A stretch of DNA of 64,000 nucleotides from an uncultured Gammaproteobacteria bacterium (GCA_964592105.1 CAZQBL010000025.1:58-64057), one strand, 5' to 3'. Positions 39,880 to 50,341 are shown, numbered from the stretch's first letter. Notes: generated by a model from the sequence alone, not told the origin. Numbers and translations: made by a program.

Positions 39880-40821
39880 ATGATAAAAATCCCAAAAATA
39901 AAAAGCGAGATCAGAATCGACGAAATCCACGACCGTTTCGTTATCGTCGCCCCCAAGCGTCTACAGCGACCACACGACGTAGCGACACATCATGAAATTC
40001 CGATAAAATCCAAAGATTGTCCTTTTTGCCAGGAAACGAAAATGATGTCGCAGCCAGCCCTATACCAGGTCGGTCCGGAACAATGGTGGGAAATCAAAGT
40101 AATTAAAAACATCTTTCCAGTAGTCAGCCTGACCACGCCCAAAACCTACGGCACGCAGGAGGTGGTTATTGAAACGCCACATCACAATAAAGAATTCGCG
40201 GAATTCAGCGAAGGACATATTGTCAGGTTGCTCAAGGCTTATGCCGCCCGCACCAAAGACATCGCTCAAGACAAAAAAATCAAGTACATCCTCGTTTTCA
40301 AAAATCACGGTGGTACGGCTGGCGCCTCTCTAGTTCATGCTCACTCGCAAATTTTTGCGGCTGGTTTTTTGCCACCGCACATAATCGATAAGCTAGCTGC
40401 CGCCCGAAAATACCGCATCAAAAACGGTATTTGCTACTACTGTCATCTGGTGCAAAAAGAAATGCACGGCCCCCGAAAAATCGGCGGCGACAAATTTATG
40501 ACCGCCTTTACTCCCTGGGCCTCCTCCTACAACTATGAGGCTTGGATAATCCCCCGGCGGCATATTGACAACATCACTCAGCTGGACGACAATGAGCTCA
40601 AATCACTGGCCAAATTCATGAAATTGATCATTAAAAGGCTCAACACCCTGCAGCTGCCATATAATTTCTACCTTCACCAAGCCGTAACGGAAAAGGACGA
40701 ACACCTATACCTGCGCATCTGCCCGCGGCGCGACATCTGGGCCGGCATCGAAATGGGCTCACGCCTGATAATTAATACCGTGGCTCCGGAAGCGGCGGCG
40801 AAATTCTATCGGGGAAAGTAA
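39880..40821 (+). CDS. galT: GalT-like (HIT-fold) hexose-1-phosphate nucleotidylyltransferase
   Basis: R.QRP, CPFC, NIFP, GTQEVVIETP.H, FKNHG..AGASLVHAHSQ (HxHxQ). Confidence 0.82.
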   Translation: MIKIPKIKSEIRIDEIHDRFVIVAPKRLQRPHDVATHHEIPIKSKDCPFCQETKMMSQPALYQVGPEQWWEIKVIKNIFPVVSLTTPKTYGTQEVVIETPHHNKEFAEFSEGHIVRLLKAYAARTKDIAQDKKIKYILVFKNHGGTAGASLVHAHSQIFAAGFLPPHIIDKLAAARKYRIKNGICYYCHLVQKEMHGPRKIGGDKFMTAFTPWASSYNYEAWIIPRRHIDNITQLDDNELKSLAKFMKLIIKRLNTLQLPYNFYLHQAVTEKDEHLYLRICPRRDIWAGIEMGSRLIINTVAPEAAAKFYRGK

Positions 40822-40924
40822 AATTAATCTAATTCAAACGGGCGCACCATGCTTGCGCCTGTTTTCTTACTTGATTTTATCCCTATTTTATGGGAACATA
40901 AATTCACTAAACTTGGCTAACATT

Positions 40925-41416
40925 ATGCGCCTAGAACTCACCCTCGGAATAATCGTTACTGTTATTATCATTTTTCTCGTTGGTTATTATTTGAGCACTT
41001 ATAACCATAACCAAGAATTGCTCAACAACTCCGCCACATCATTGTCGACCAACTCAACAAACCTGAACACCAACGCCAATTTAATCATCCTAAATCCCCA
41101 GATCGTTGCTCTACACAATCGCGCTTCAGATTGCTGGCTCGTCATCAATAATAAAGTTTACGACGTCACAAAGTTTCTGAGCCAACATCCTGGCGGCAGC
41201 GAAATTATCGTACCCTACTGCGGTGGGGAAGCCAGTACTGCTTTTAACACTCAGGGTGGACGCGGCTCACATTCTGGAATGGCCGTCCAGAATTTAAACA
41301 GCTTATTTATTGGTAATCTGAACGGTGCAATCTCGGCCGACTCGCTTCAGCAGACCAGACCAACGGGCGCCCCAACCAACCTTAATCCCTCCCAAGGAGA
41401 ATTCGAAGATGATTAA
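40925..41416 (+). CDS. Membrane-anchored cytochrome b5-like heme-binding protein
   Basis: HNRASDCWLVINNKVYDVTKFLSQHPGG...SHS; N-terminal TM and Asn/Thr-rich linker. Confidence 0.88.
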   Translation: MRLELTLGIIVTVIIIFLVGYYLSTYNHNQELLNNSATSLSTNSTNLNTNANLIILNPQIVALHNRASDCWLVINNKVYDVTKFLSQHPGGSEIIVPYCGGEASTAFNTQGGRGSHSGMAVQNLNSLFIGNLNGAISADSLQQTRPTGAPTNLNPSQGEFEDD

Positions 41417-41429
41417 AATTTATCTATTC

Positions 41430-41699
41430 ATGAAAAAAATTCACCGAATCCTCGTCTTGATTATAATTACCCTGGGCCTATTTATGATAGCTACTGGCAC
41501 CCTATTAAAATTTTCAGCTTTTAGCACGAAATATTTTTCTTTTTTTGACCTGGGGCTGATCAGATACCTCCACAATCAAATTAGTATTTACTTCTCCATT
41601 ATCCTCCTGCTTATGATTTTTTCCGGTAGCTGGATGTACGTATATTCCTGGCTCAAGGGGCGTAACAAAAATCAACCCCCGCAGGACAAAACCTCCTAG
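41430..41699 (+). CDS. Small two-TM protein with a His at the start of each helix (DUF4405/PepSY-TM-like)
   Basis: KIHR...ATG and YLHN...FSG; start may instead be ATG 41409. Confidence 0.6.
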   Translation: MKKIHRILVLIIITLGLFMIATGTLLKFSAFSTKYFSFFDLGLIRYLHNQISIYFSIILLLMIFSGSWMYVYSWLKGRNKNQPPQDKTS

Positions 41700-41814
41700 C
41701 GCATGCCTTTCGTAAATATTTCAGAAATATTACAAAATTCAGGAAAATTGCTGAGTATTAAATAAATATCTTAAAGAATTCGCCCATGTTGCGCTCTTTT
41801 ATTACCATCCAACT

Positions 41815-43335
41815 CTATTCGGCTGGGGCGACTTCCTTCTCCAATAATGGTTTGGACACAGGCTCGATTCCACCACCGGCCTGATTATCATAAAATTCCT
41901 TAACCAGCGGTATAACGATGTTTTTCTGCCAATACTGTTCGCCCTCGGGCACTTTAACTATTGGAAAAACATAGGCTGGGACCAGATATTCTTGATAACC
42001 ATCAGTATCCAACCTGGGAAGAGAAACAAACTGCACACTCGGATCGCCAAGACTTAATTCTACAGTCTTTTCCGCATTGGGATATGAATAATTGGCATAT
42101 ACTCCCCCTTGTTCAACCATACTCTTAATCTGGGCGACCTCCTGAATAGTTTTATACGACGAACTTTCATAATGTTGTACTGCTAGCCCCGTAACATTAC
42201 TAACTTTGTTCTGCCGCAAATTTACATCCACATATAAACCGCTGGGGCTGCCGTCAATTGTATATACCAATCTGTCACCGATACGCAACGGGTAAAAAAC
42301 CTGAATTATCTCAGGTATATAACCAGCCAAGCCAAATTTCAGCGTCTCCGCTGTTCCTCGCCACTGGTTTTGAACCTGTGCCTGCCCATAATTATCTAGG
42401 CCTACCCCATGCTCTATTAAAAAGTCGTTGGCCAGTTTAATTAAAGCATCGTCGTCAGGGATATCTGCCTCGGTTAACTGTTCTGTGGCGCAATTAGCCG
42501 GATCAACGCAAGACCCTACGCTTCCATCGTTTGAATACCACTGATTCCACAATTCGCTTATAGCGATGGTGCCCATGTCAAAATTCACATCCAGCTGATA
42601 GCCGTGATCCGAATCTTGGACCAGGCTCACTGATTGAATCTTCAAGCCGGAAAATGTACCAATATCCGCCAAGCCCTGACCCAAAAATCCGGCCAGGTTT
42701 GTTGTTTCCAATTTGACCGCCTGGCCGGTCAAGCGCTTTAGAACGTCCAGTCTTTCCGCGGGTGGAGTTATGTTACCAGAATAAACAAATTTATAATTAA
42801 CACCACCGATCATATCTACATCGGACTGGGATTCTACATCCCCAGCACTCGGAGCCGAGGTTAAGGTTTTAGCTCCGCCCACGCCTAGGCCGCCACTACT
42901 GACTCCGCCTCGCCCGCTGCTCTGAATTAGTTCCTGGCTGGGCAAAACACCAAAAGCATTAGCCGAAAGCTTTTCAATGGTCAACCCGGCGGGCGAAACT
43001 TGGGTGGCCGGCTTCGAGTCAAGCTGATTCAAATAAACAGCCAAACCGGCCACAATTAGGGCGACACCGCCCAGAGAGAAAACCAAACCTCGGACCGACC
43101 ACAGCCGACTCAAAGAAAATCCTCTGGCATCTTCTTGCGGCCAAGGCCGGGAAGATGATGCCAGTCGAAGAATTTCCGCGCGCAACTCTTTTTTGAACGC
43201 TTCGTTAATCTCGGCCGGTGGTCGGTCGGCCACCAATTTCAAAATTATTTTTTTCAATTCCCGCTCCCGGACGGCCAAATCAGGCTGGAGGACATAAAGT
43301 TCCTGAAGGATTTTTTTTATTTCTTGCTCGTTCAT
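41815..43335 (-). CDS. Putative anti-sigma factor with one TM and a large extracytoplasmic domain
   Basis: Directly downstream of the ECF sigma; P..EINEAFKKELRAEI cytoplasmic motif followed by a TM. Confidence 0.6.
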   Translation of the reverse strand: MNEQEIKKILQELYVLQPDLAVRERELKKIILKLVADRPPAEINEAFKKELRAEILRLASSSRPWPQEDARGFSLSRLWSVRGLVFSLGGVALIVAGLAVYLNQLDSKPATQVSPAGLTIEKLSANAFGVLPSQELIQSSGRGGVSSGGLGVGGAKTLTSAPSAGDVESQSDVDMIGGVNYKFVYSGNITPPAERLDVLKRLTGQAVKLETTNLAGFLGQGLADIGTFSGLKIQSVSLVQDSDHGYQLDVNFDMGTIAISELWNQWYSNDGSVGSCVDPANCATEQLTEADIPDDDALIKLANDFLIEHGVGLDNYGQAQVQNQWRGTAETLKFGLAGYIPEIIQVFYPLRIGDRLVYTIDGSPSGLYVDVNLRQNKVSNVTGLAVQHYESSSYKTIQEVAQIKSMVEQGGVYANYSYPNAEKTVELSLGDPSVQFVSLPRLDTDGYQEYLVPAYVFPIVKVPEGEQYWQKNIVIPLVKEFYDNQAGGGIEPVSKPLLEKEVAPAE

Positions 43336-43340
43336 ATTTT

Positions 43341-43904
43341 TTAGAATAAATTATTAATTAATAATATGATGCCGGCCATGACATAGGCCAGCTCCTCGCG
43401 AAGTCTGGCCATGGCTCGCACAAAAGACATCTTACAACTGGCCACTGATTTTCCGGTTATGCTGGCGATTTCCTGATACGACAGCTCGTCCCACAGCCTC
43501 ATTATCACCACCTCACGATGTTCCGGCTTAATATTCCCCAGATATTCCCTAACTCTCTGAACATTTTGTCTGACGTCCAGGTCAACGGCTAAATCGCCGT
43601 CGTCAGACAAACCCCATATATCACTTATATCCTCAATATTTTTCTTGGTGCGATAATAATCAATTACCAAATTACGGGCGATACGGTAAAGCCAGGATGA
43701 AAATTTCCCACGAGAAGAGTTAAAAGAGCCGATTGCCTCCAGGGCTTTGAAAAAAGTCTGGCTGGTGAGATCCTCGGCGGTTTCCCGATGGGAAGTCTTG
43801 TAGTAGATGAATTTGTATATTTTATCGGCATAACGATCATACAAGACCGCAAATTCACTCATCTCGCCTTGTTGGCATTTTCTAATTATTTTTGTTTCAT
43901 CCAT
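43341..43904 (-). CDS. ECF RNA polymerase sigma factor
   Basis: LYDRY..KIYKFIY, AEDLTSQTF, FSSWLYRIARN..IDYYR, LSYQEIA. Confidence 0.92.
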   Translation of the reverse strand: MDETKIIRKCQQGEMSEFAVLYDRYADKIYKFIYYKTSHRETAEDLTSQTFFKALEAIGSFNSSRGKFSSWLYRIARNLVIDYYRTKKNIEDISDIWGLSDDGDLAVDLDVRQNVQRVREYLGNIKPEHREVVIMRLWDELSYQEIASITGKSVASCKMSFVRAMARLREELAYVMAGIILLINNLF

Positions 43905-44056
43905 GGATTTAGCCTCATTACACAATTTATAACGATATCGACAAAAAAAGGTAACACTTTCTGCTCCGGTATTATACCATTTATTCGGGTTTTTTATTTA
44001 CTTGAAATGTGCTAAGATAAAAAAGTAATAAATTAATTCATTAATATATAAAAACT

Positions 44057-44560
44057 ATGTCTAATAAAAAAGCCCTCTTAGCACTGACTTTAGTGTTAGC
44101 CGCCAGCTTGGTTCTGAGCGGCTGCACCAAAAAAGCTGCGGAATCAGCGGCCGAAAAAGCCATTGAAAAAGCTACTAATAGCCAAGCTGACGTCGACATC
44201 GGCACTAACAGCATCAAGGTAAACACCAACACTGGCTCAATGCAGATCGGGGGTAACGTCGTCATGCCGGAAAATTTTCCCGACGATATCTATGTCATTG
44301 ATGGTACTCTTACCTATGCTTTAACTGCCTCGTCAGGAAAATCATATACGATTACCATAGAAACCAATAAATCAGTGAATGAAGTAAAAAACATATATGA
44401 AAATAAACTAGCCGAAGATGGCTGGACCATTAATGTCAATTCCATGGTTCAAGGCTCTCTCGGCCTCGGGGCACAGAAAAGCAACCGCTCGGTTACCATT
44501 ACCGCCTCGGAAATAGATAGCAAGACATCGGTGTCCATTATTACTTCTGAAAACGAGTGA
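44057..44560 (+). CDS. Lipoprotein of unknown function
   Basis: Lipobox LSGC; AEKAIEKA; MPENFPDDI. Confidence 0.75.
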   Translation: MSNKKALLALTLVLAASLVLSGCTKKAAESAAEKAIEKATNSQADVDIGTNSIKVNTNTGSMQIGGNVVMPENFPDDIYVIDGTLTYALTASSGKSYTITIETNKSVNEVKNIYENKLAEDGWTINVNSMVQGSLGLGAQKSNRSVTITASEIDSKTSVSIITSENE

Positions 44561-44628
44561 ACGAATGACGCCTTGCTCTGGTCGCCAAAACCATTCCCTC
44601 AACCGAAAATAAAAATATAGGGATTAAA

Positions 44629-45200
44629 ATGTTAATACCCGAGGAAAAAATATCTCGGAGTCAAATATTCCGCTGCAGACCTGACGTTGCTCAAACAAAA
44701 AATACCACTAACCATTACTGCCGAACGCGTGGATTTTAGCGGCGATCCCAACAAAATATTTTTTGACTCAACGCCCGTCGATACCCAAAATTCCTCGGCT
44801 AAAATTACCGCTTTTCTCAATAAGTAGGTTCACGGTGTCTGACTCGCCCTTCCAAAACACGCAGGTAAAAATGACTGAAGGCGGCGTTGAAGTTGCTGGC
44901 CAACTAAACATGTACGTCAAATCCCCGGCCTATGCTAAAATCATGATTAAGCGCGCCGGCACCAAAAGCGTCTCAATAAATGTGATATCGACTAAATTAG
45001 GAGTCTTCAATGTCCCGAAAAAATACTTACAACAAATCAACGACCGGGTCAACAAGAAAGCAAATGAACGCATAGCTGAAATGCCCGGGCTTTACAATGC
45101 TCAGCTAGATTACCGTGACGGCCATGACGTATTCAAAGGCGCCGTACCTGCCGAAGTAAAAAGCACAGCCAGCGGCTGGATAGATCTTTTACTAAAATAG
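44629..45200 (+). pseudogene. Frameshifted hypothetical gene
   Basis: Coding-like segments (YLGVKYSAADL...; SPFQNTQVKMTEGGVEVAG...) lie in different frames; no clean start for the 44763 ORF. Confidence 0.4.
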
Positions 45201-45314
45201 CCGCCCCAAAACATAAAAAATGAAGCCAGATCCTTTTTATAAAGGTCCGGTCTTTTTAGCAAATGACTCCTGGTCGCGGCAACTGTATTTAGAGCTTGGT
45301 CCGTTTTTAACTCC

Positions 45315-45357
45315 CTGACGAATTTCCTTTTGCCCACCTTAAGCAGCGCCCCACTCT
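45315..45357. repeat. 43-bp exact copy of a tyrS 3'-end segment (other copy 45545..45587)
   Basis: ctgacgaatttccttttgcccaccttaagcagcgccccactct occurs twice, 230 bp apart. Confidence 0.9.
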
Positions 45358-45531
45358 GGTCTCGTCCTTAAAGTTAATTCCGGTCGTTCTTTTATAAACA
45401 AAATATAACAAAAAAACTACAAAAATAATAATTGCAAAACCGACACCGACCGAAATACCCGCCCACTTCAATTACGCTCCCCGGTCAACCATGTTTGACC
45501 ATTTTTTAAAAAACTTCTCGCTACCGCAGTA

Positions 45532-46725
45532 TTATTTAATCAATCTGACGAATTTCCTTTTGCCCACCTTAAGCAGCGCCCCACTCTTTACCTCAACCTC
45601 CTGTCGCCAATTTTTAACAACCTCATTGTTGAAAACTACGCCACCCTGCTCCACCAGGCGACGCGCTTCGCTTTTTGACGGGGCGCATTTGGTTTCGGTA
45701 ATAATATCGAGGATAGAAAATCTGCCTTCTTTTTTCAGCTTATACTGAGGTATTTGACTGGGCGACCCCTTCTCACTAAAAACTTTGGCGAATTCCTTGT
45801 CGGCCCGCTCGGCCGCCTGTGACCCGTGATACATAGCCACAATCTCTTTGGCCAGTCTGCTTTTATAATTTTTGGGGTTGACGCCGCCACTTATGGCCCG
45901 TTCATACTGGGCAATCTCCTCAAGCGGCACATCCGTCAATAATTCGAAATATTTCATGATCAATCCGTCGTGGATAGACATTACCTTGCCATACATATCA
46001 TCAGGCGAATCGTTTATATTAATAGTATTACCAAGGCTTTTGCTCATTTTTTCTTTGCCATCGGTGCCTTCCAAAATTTTCACAGTCATAATGTCCTGAG
46101 GCTTTTGATTATAGCTGGGTTGCACCGTACGGGCCGTAAGCATATTAAAAGTTTGGTCGGTGCCCCCCAACTCGACATCAGACCGCAAGGCAACCGAATC
46201 ATAGCCCTGCAGCACCGGATAAATCAGTTCGTGAATCCAGACCGGTTTTTTCTGATTTAGTCGTTTTTGAAACATATCACGTTCCAACATTTGGTTGGCC
46301 GAAAAAAGGCTTAATAACTGAACAAGTTCGGCCAGGTCCATCTCGCCGTACCACTCCAGGTTGTAGCGCATTTCCACCTTGGACAAATCCAATATCTTGC
46401 TAACCTGCTCTTTATAGGTGGCTATGTTTTTTTCAATTTCTTTTTCCCCGAGCGGCTTGCGAGCTGCCCGCTTGTCGGTTGGGTCGCCCACTCGGGCGGT
46501 AAAATCACCTATTAAAAATATAACCTGATGGCCCAAGTCCTGAAATTGCTTCAGCTTGCGCAAAACGACCGTGTGACCAAGATGCAAAAGAGGGCTAGTC
46601 GGATCGATACCCAACTTCACCCGCAACTTTTGCCCGGACTTAAGCTTTGCCCCCAACTCTTCTTTAACGATAACCTCCTGGACGCCACGGTTTAATAATT
46701 CCTTAATTTTTGTAGATTTGTCCAT
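45532..46725 (-). CDS. tyrS: Tyrosine--tRNA ligase
   Basis: KLGIDPT..LHLGH, ELGGTDQTFN, KMSKS, C-terminal S4 domain. Confidence 0.96.
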   Translation of the reverse strand: MDKSTKIKELLNRGVQEVIVKEELGAKLKSGQKLRVKLGIDPTSPLLHLGHTVVLRKLKQFQDLGHQVIFLIGDFTARVGDPTDKRAARKPLGEKEIEKNIATYKEQVSKILDLSKVEMRYNLEWYGEMDLAELVQLLSLFSANQMLERDMFQKRLNQKKPVWIHELIYPVLQGYDSVALRSDVELGGTDQTFNMLTARTVQPSYNQKPQDIMTVKILEGTDGKEKMSKSLGNTININDSPDDMYGKVMSIHDGLIMKYFELLTDVPLEEIAQYERAISGGVNPKNYKSRLAKEIVAMYHGSQAAERADKEFAKVFSEKGSPSQIPQYKLKKEGRFSILDIITETKCAPSKSEARRLVEQGGVVFNNEVVKNWRQEVEVKSGALLKVGKRKFVRLIK

Positions 46726-46802
46726 ATAATCTAGTTCTTATCATTCTAATTATAGCCCTTTTTTGATATAATAAAAAGGTTAATTGAATTTTTATTTTAC
46801 TT

Positions 46803-47696
46803 ATGGCAAAATATACGCTTGGCTTAGACATCGGCGGCACAAAAATCCAAGCCGGACTGGTCTCGAAAGAAAACAGAATCACCAGAAAAAAACAGGTAAT
46901 TTACCTAAGAAAAAACAAATTGAGTGTTTTGCACGGGATTTATGAGACAATTGATTCAATTTTTTCCTCTGGGGTTGGAGCAATTGGGATAGGCATTACC
47001 GGCGAAGTTGACACTTCAAGCGGTGTAGTCAAATATAGCCCCAATCTGCCAGGTGACTGGAAAAACGTCAAATTAAAAAAAATTTTAAGAAAAAAATATG
47101 GGGTCCCGGTATCAATAGATAATGACGCCCACTGCATTGCTTTGGCCGAGGCGTATTTCGGCGCTGGCCGAAACTATCCTGTTGTTGCGAGCTTGACCAT
47201 CGGCACCGGCGTTGGCTTTTCCTTGATAATCAACGGCCGCATCTACCGTGGCGCCAACAACATTATTGAATTCGGACACACCATTACCGGCAACCTGGCC
47301 CAAAAGTGCAGCTGTGGTTTGCGTGGGCACTTCGAGGCACTGGTTTCTGGTCCGGCCATGACCAGAGAATACAAAAAACTAACCGGCCTGACCAAGACGC
47401 CACAAAATATCGAAATTGCGGCCAGGCATGGCGACCGTCGAGCCCAAAAAATCTTCAAGGAAATGTCGACTAATTTAGCTCGCGGTCTCGCCAACGTAAT
47501 CCACAGCTACAACCCCTCAATTATCGTACTGGGCGGCGGGCTTGGCCGAGTTGATATCTTAACTGATCCGGCTATTAAACAGGTCCGTAATTACATTAAA
47601 TACCCTGGCCTGAAAAATACTAAAATCGTGAAAACGTCACTTAAATACGATGCTGGTATACTCGGTACGGCCATGATAACTCGAAAAAATTATTGA
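46803..47696 (+). CDS. ROK-family sugar kinase (glucokinase-like)
   Basis: GLDIGGTK, DNDAHCIALAE, TIGTGVG, EFGH, CSCG..GHFE. Confidence 0.9.
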   Translation: MAKYTLGLDIGGTKIQAGLVSKENRITRKKQVIYLRKNKLSVLHGIYETIDSIFSSGVGAIGIGITGEVDTSSGVVKYSPNLPGDWKNVKLKKILRKKYGVPVSIDNDAHCIALAEAYFGAGRNYPVVASLTIGTGVGFSLIINGRIYRGANNIIEFGHTITGNLAQKCSCGLRGHFEALVSGPAMTREYKKLTGLTKTPQNIEIAARHGDRRAQKIFKEMSTNLARGLANVIHSYNPSIIVLGGGLGRVDILTDPAIKQVRNYIKYPGLKNTKIVKTSLKYDAGILGTAMITRKNY

Positions 47697-47697
47697 T

Positions 47698-50274
47698 ATG
47701 CCCATACCATATTTAAAAAACGCCGATTTTCGTATTAAGGAAATCAGCAAAAGGATTGTCGGTCATCACCAAGGGAACAGACCCAAAAAATTCTGGAAAA
47801 AAATTATAAGCCGCTGGTTTCCAATTACTATTATTTCCGTCATTCTCGTAATCATTTTCGGACTGGCGGCCTTTGCCTGGTTTTCGCGCGACTTGCCCGA
47901 TCCAAATAAAATCATCGATCGCAACGTGGCCGAAAGTACTAAAATTTACGCCAATGACGGCACGACCCTTTTGTACGAGATACACGGGGATCAAAAAAGA
48001 ACAGTAGTCAATCTGGAAAATATCAGCGATTACGTAAAGCAGGCCACAATCGCCATTGAAGACAAAGACTTCTACAAACACCCCGGATTCAGCATCCGCC
48101 GCATTATCTCCGCTATTATTACCGACATTATGAGTGGACGTAAGGCCCAAGGCGCGTCAACAATAACTCAACAACTCATTAAAAATGCGGTGCTGACTAC
48201 GGAAAAAAGCTGGTCGAGAAAAATAAAAGAGGTAGTGTTAGCCTATCAACTGGAACGCAAATTTACCAAAGATCAGATTCTGAAAATGTACTTCAATGAA
48301 ATCCCCTATGGCTCGACCTCGTACGGAGTGGAATCGGCCGCCCAGACCTTCTTCAATAAATCCGCCAAGGACTTAGACCTGGCCGAGGCCGCTTTGCTGG
48401 CTGCCATTCCTCAAGCGCCTACTTACTACTCCCCCAAGGGCAACCATACCGATGACCTAATAGCCCGGCAGCGCCTAGTTCTCCAGTTGATGACAGACCA
48501 GGGCTATATCACTCAGGAGGAAGCCAATCAAGCTAAAGAAGTTGACATCCTAAAAAGAATTCGGACCAAAAGTGACAATATCTTAGCACCACATTTCGTC
48601 ATGTATGTCAAAGAAATTCTCAGTGAAAAATATGGAGAAAAAATGGTGGAGCAGGGCGGGCTTAGGGTCGTTACCACCCTTGACTACAACAAACAAAAAT
48701 TCGCCGAAGAGGCTATTGAAAAATATGCTGATCGCAACCAAAGTCAGTATCGTGCTTCCAACGCGGCTCTGGTCTCTTTGGACACAAAAACCGGACAGGT
48801 GCTGGCCATGGTCGGCTCGCGCGACTATTTTGATGAATCCATTGATGGCCAGGTCAATGTAGCACTTCGGCCTCGTCAACCAGGCTCTTCATTCAAGCCA
48901 TTTGTCTATGCCACGGCTTTTGCAAAAGGCTATACCCCAGAAACAATACTTTTTGACCTAGTAACAAAATTCAAGACAGATACCAAAGACTATGAACCGC
49001 ATAATTATGACAATAAAGAACATGGCCCATTATCCATGCGCAAAGCCTTGGCCGGTTCTCTTAATATACCAGCCGTAAAAACGCTTTACCTAGCAGGAAT
49101 CGATAACGTCCTTGATAACGCCAAAAAACTTGGCTATACAACATTTGAAGATCGTTCCCGCTTTGGTTTGTCGATCGTTCTGGGCGGTGCCGAGGTTAAA
49201 CTACTAGAACACGTCTCCGCCTATGCCACGCTGGCTCGAGAAGGTATCAGACACCCGGTGGCCATCATCTTACGAGTGGAAAACAAAGACGGAAAAGTGC
49301 TGGAAGAATTTCAAAACCGCGAAGAACGGGTGATCGACCAAAAGGTCGCCCAACAAATTACCAACATTCTGACCGATAACGAGGCCCGTTCGTTTATCTT
49401 CGGCTCCCGCAACTACTTAACCCTACCAGATCGGCCAGTGGCGGCCAAAACTGGAACGACCAACGATTATCATGATGCCTGGACCATGGGCTATACTCCA
49501 TCAATCGCGACTGGGGTTTGGGTAGGGAACAGCAACAACGACGAAATGAAACGTGGCGCCGACGGTTCGGTGGTTGCCGCGCCCATCTGGCAAGAATACA
49601 TGAAAAAAGCCACGCGAGGACCCGTTGAAGTCTTTCACGCACCGCCTGCCAACAACGCAACCAAACCAATTCTGCAGGGCAAGATCGGGGTCGACATAAC
49701 CACCAAAGTGGATAAATATACTGGCTTGGTTATACCCGATTCTTGTCTAAACACCTATCCGCCAGAATTTATAGAGGAAAAAAAATTCAATGAGGTTCAT
49801 AACATTCTTTATTATGTCGACAAAGATAACCCGGCCGGACCCGCCCCTCAAGACCCCTCAAAAGACCCTCAATTTAATAACTGGGAGGAGCCAGTTAAAA
49901 GATGGGCCGAACAAAATAATTTCATTGATAAGAAGCCGGCAAAGGGTGATTGTAGTGTGCGAGCCGAAACCAACAAACCAATTGTGTCTATTACCACACC
50001 ACTAAGCGACTCAACCATTACCACGACCAAATTCATCATTCAGGCTACGGTTACTGCTCCACGACCAATAAAAAAAGTTGTCTATTATCTGGACGAAAAA
50101 CAAATCGGCGAATCATTAGCGGCCCCCTTTACACTAGAATATGATTCAACCGGACTGATCAATGGTTTTCATGACTTAAAAGCCGAAGCCTATGACGATA
50201 TATTCAACAAAAATTCCACCACAATTACTATTAATTATTTAATAGACGAGCCCCCAACAATACTGCCGGAGTAG
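47698..50274 (+). CDS. Class A penicillin-binding protein (PBP1A family) with C-terminal Ig-like domain
   Basis: EDKDFYKH, GASTITQQ, RKIKE; SSFK, SLN and KTGT motifs. Confidence 0.93.
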   Translation: MPIPYLKNADFRIKEISKRIVGHHQGNRPKKFWKKIISRWFPITIISVILVIIFGLAAFAWFSRDLPDPNKIIDRNVAESTKIYANDGTTLLYEIHGDQKRTVVNLENISDYVKQATIAIEDKDFYKHPGFSIRRIISAIITDIMSGRKAQGASTITQQLIKNAVLTTEKSWSRKIKEVVLAYQLERKFTKDQILKMYFNEIPYGSTSYGVESAAQTFFNKSAKDLDLAEAALLAAIPQAPTYYSPKGNHTDDLIARQRLVLQLMTDQGYITQEEANQAKEVDILKRIRTKSDNILAPHFVMYVKEILSEKYGEKMVEQGGLRVVTTLDYNKQKFAEEAIEKYADRNQSQYRASNAALVSLDTKTGQVLAMVGSRDYFDESIDGQVNVALRPRQPGSSFKPFVYATAFAKGYTPETILFDLVTKFKTDTKDYEPHNYDNKEHGPLSMRKALAGSLNIPAVKTLYLAGIDNVLDNAKKLGYTTFEDRSRFGLSIVLGGAEVKLLEHVSAYATLAREGIRHPVAIILRVENKDGKVLEEFQNREERVIDQKVAQQITNILTDNEARSFIFGSRNYLTLPDRPVAAKTGTTNDYHDAWTMGYTPSIATGVWVGNSNNDEMKRGADGSVVAAPIWQEYMKKATRGPVEVFHAPPANNATKPILQGKIGVDITTKVDKYTGLVIPDSCLNTYPPEFIEEKKFNEVHNILYYVDKDNPAGPAPQDPSKDPQFNNWEEPVKRWAEQNNFIDKKPAKGDCSVRAETNKPIVSITTPLSDSTITTTKFIIQATVTAPRPIKKVVYYLDEKQIGESLAAPFTLEYDSTGLINGFHDLKAEAYDDIFNKNSTTITINYLIDEPPTILPE

Positions 50275-50308
50275 GTCGCTCTGAAAAAATGAAAAAAAGA
50301 ATAAAACC

Positions 50309-50341
50309 AAAAGCGTGCTGATGTTTGACAGCACGCTTTTT
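50309..50341. terminator. Bidirectional terminator between PBP1A and dnaN
   Basis: aaaagcgtgctg-loop-cagcacgctttt between convergent genes. Confidence 0.8.
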
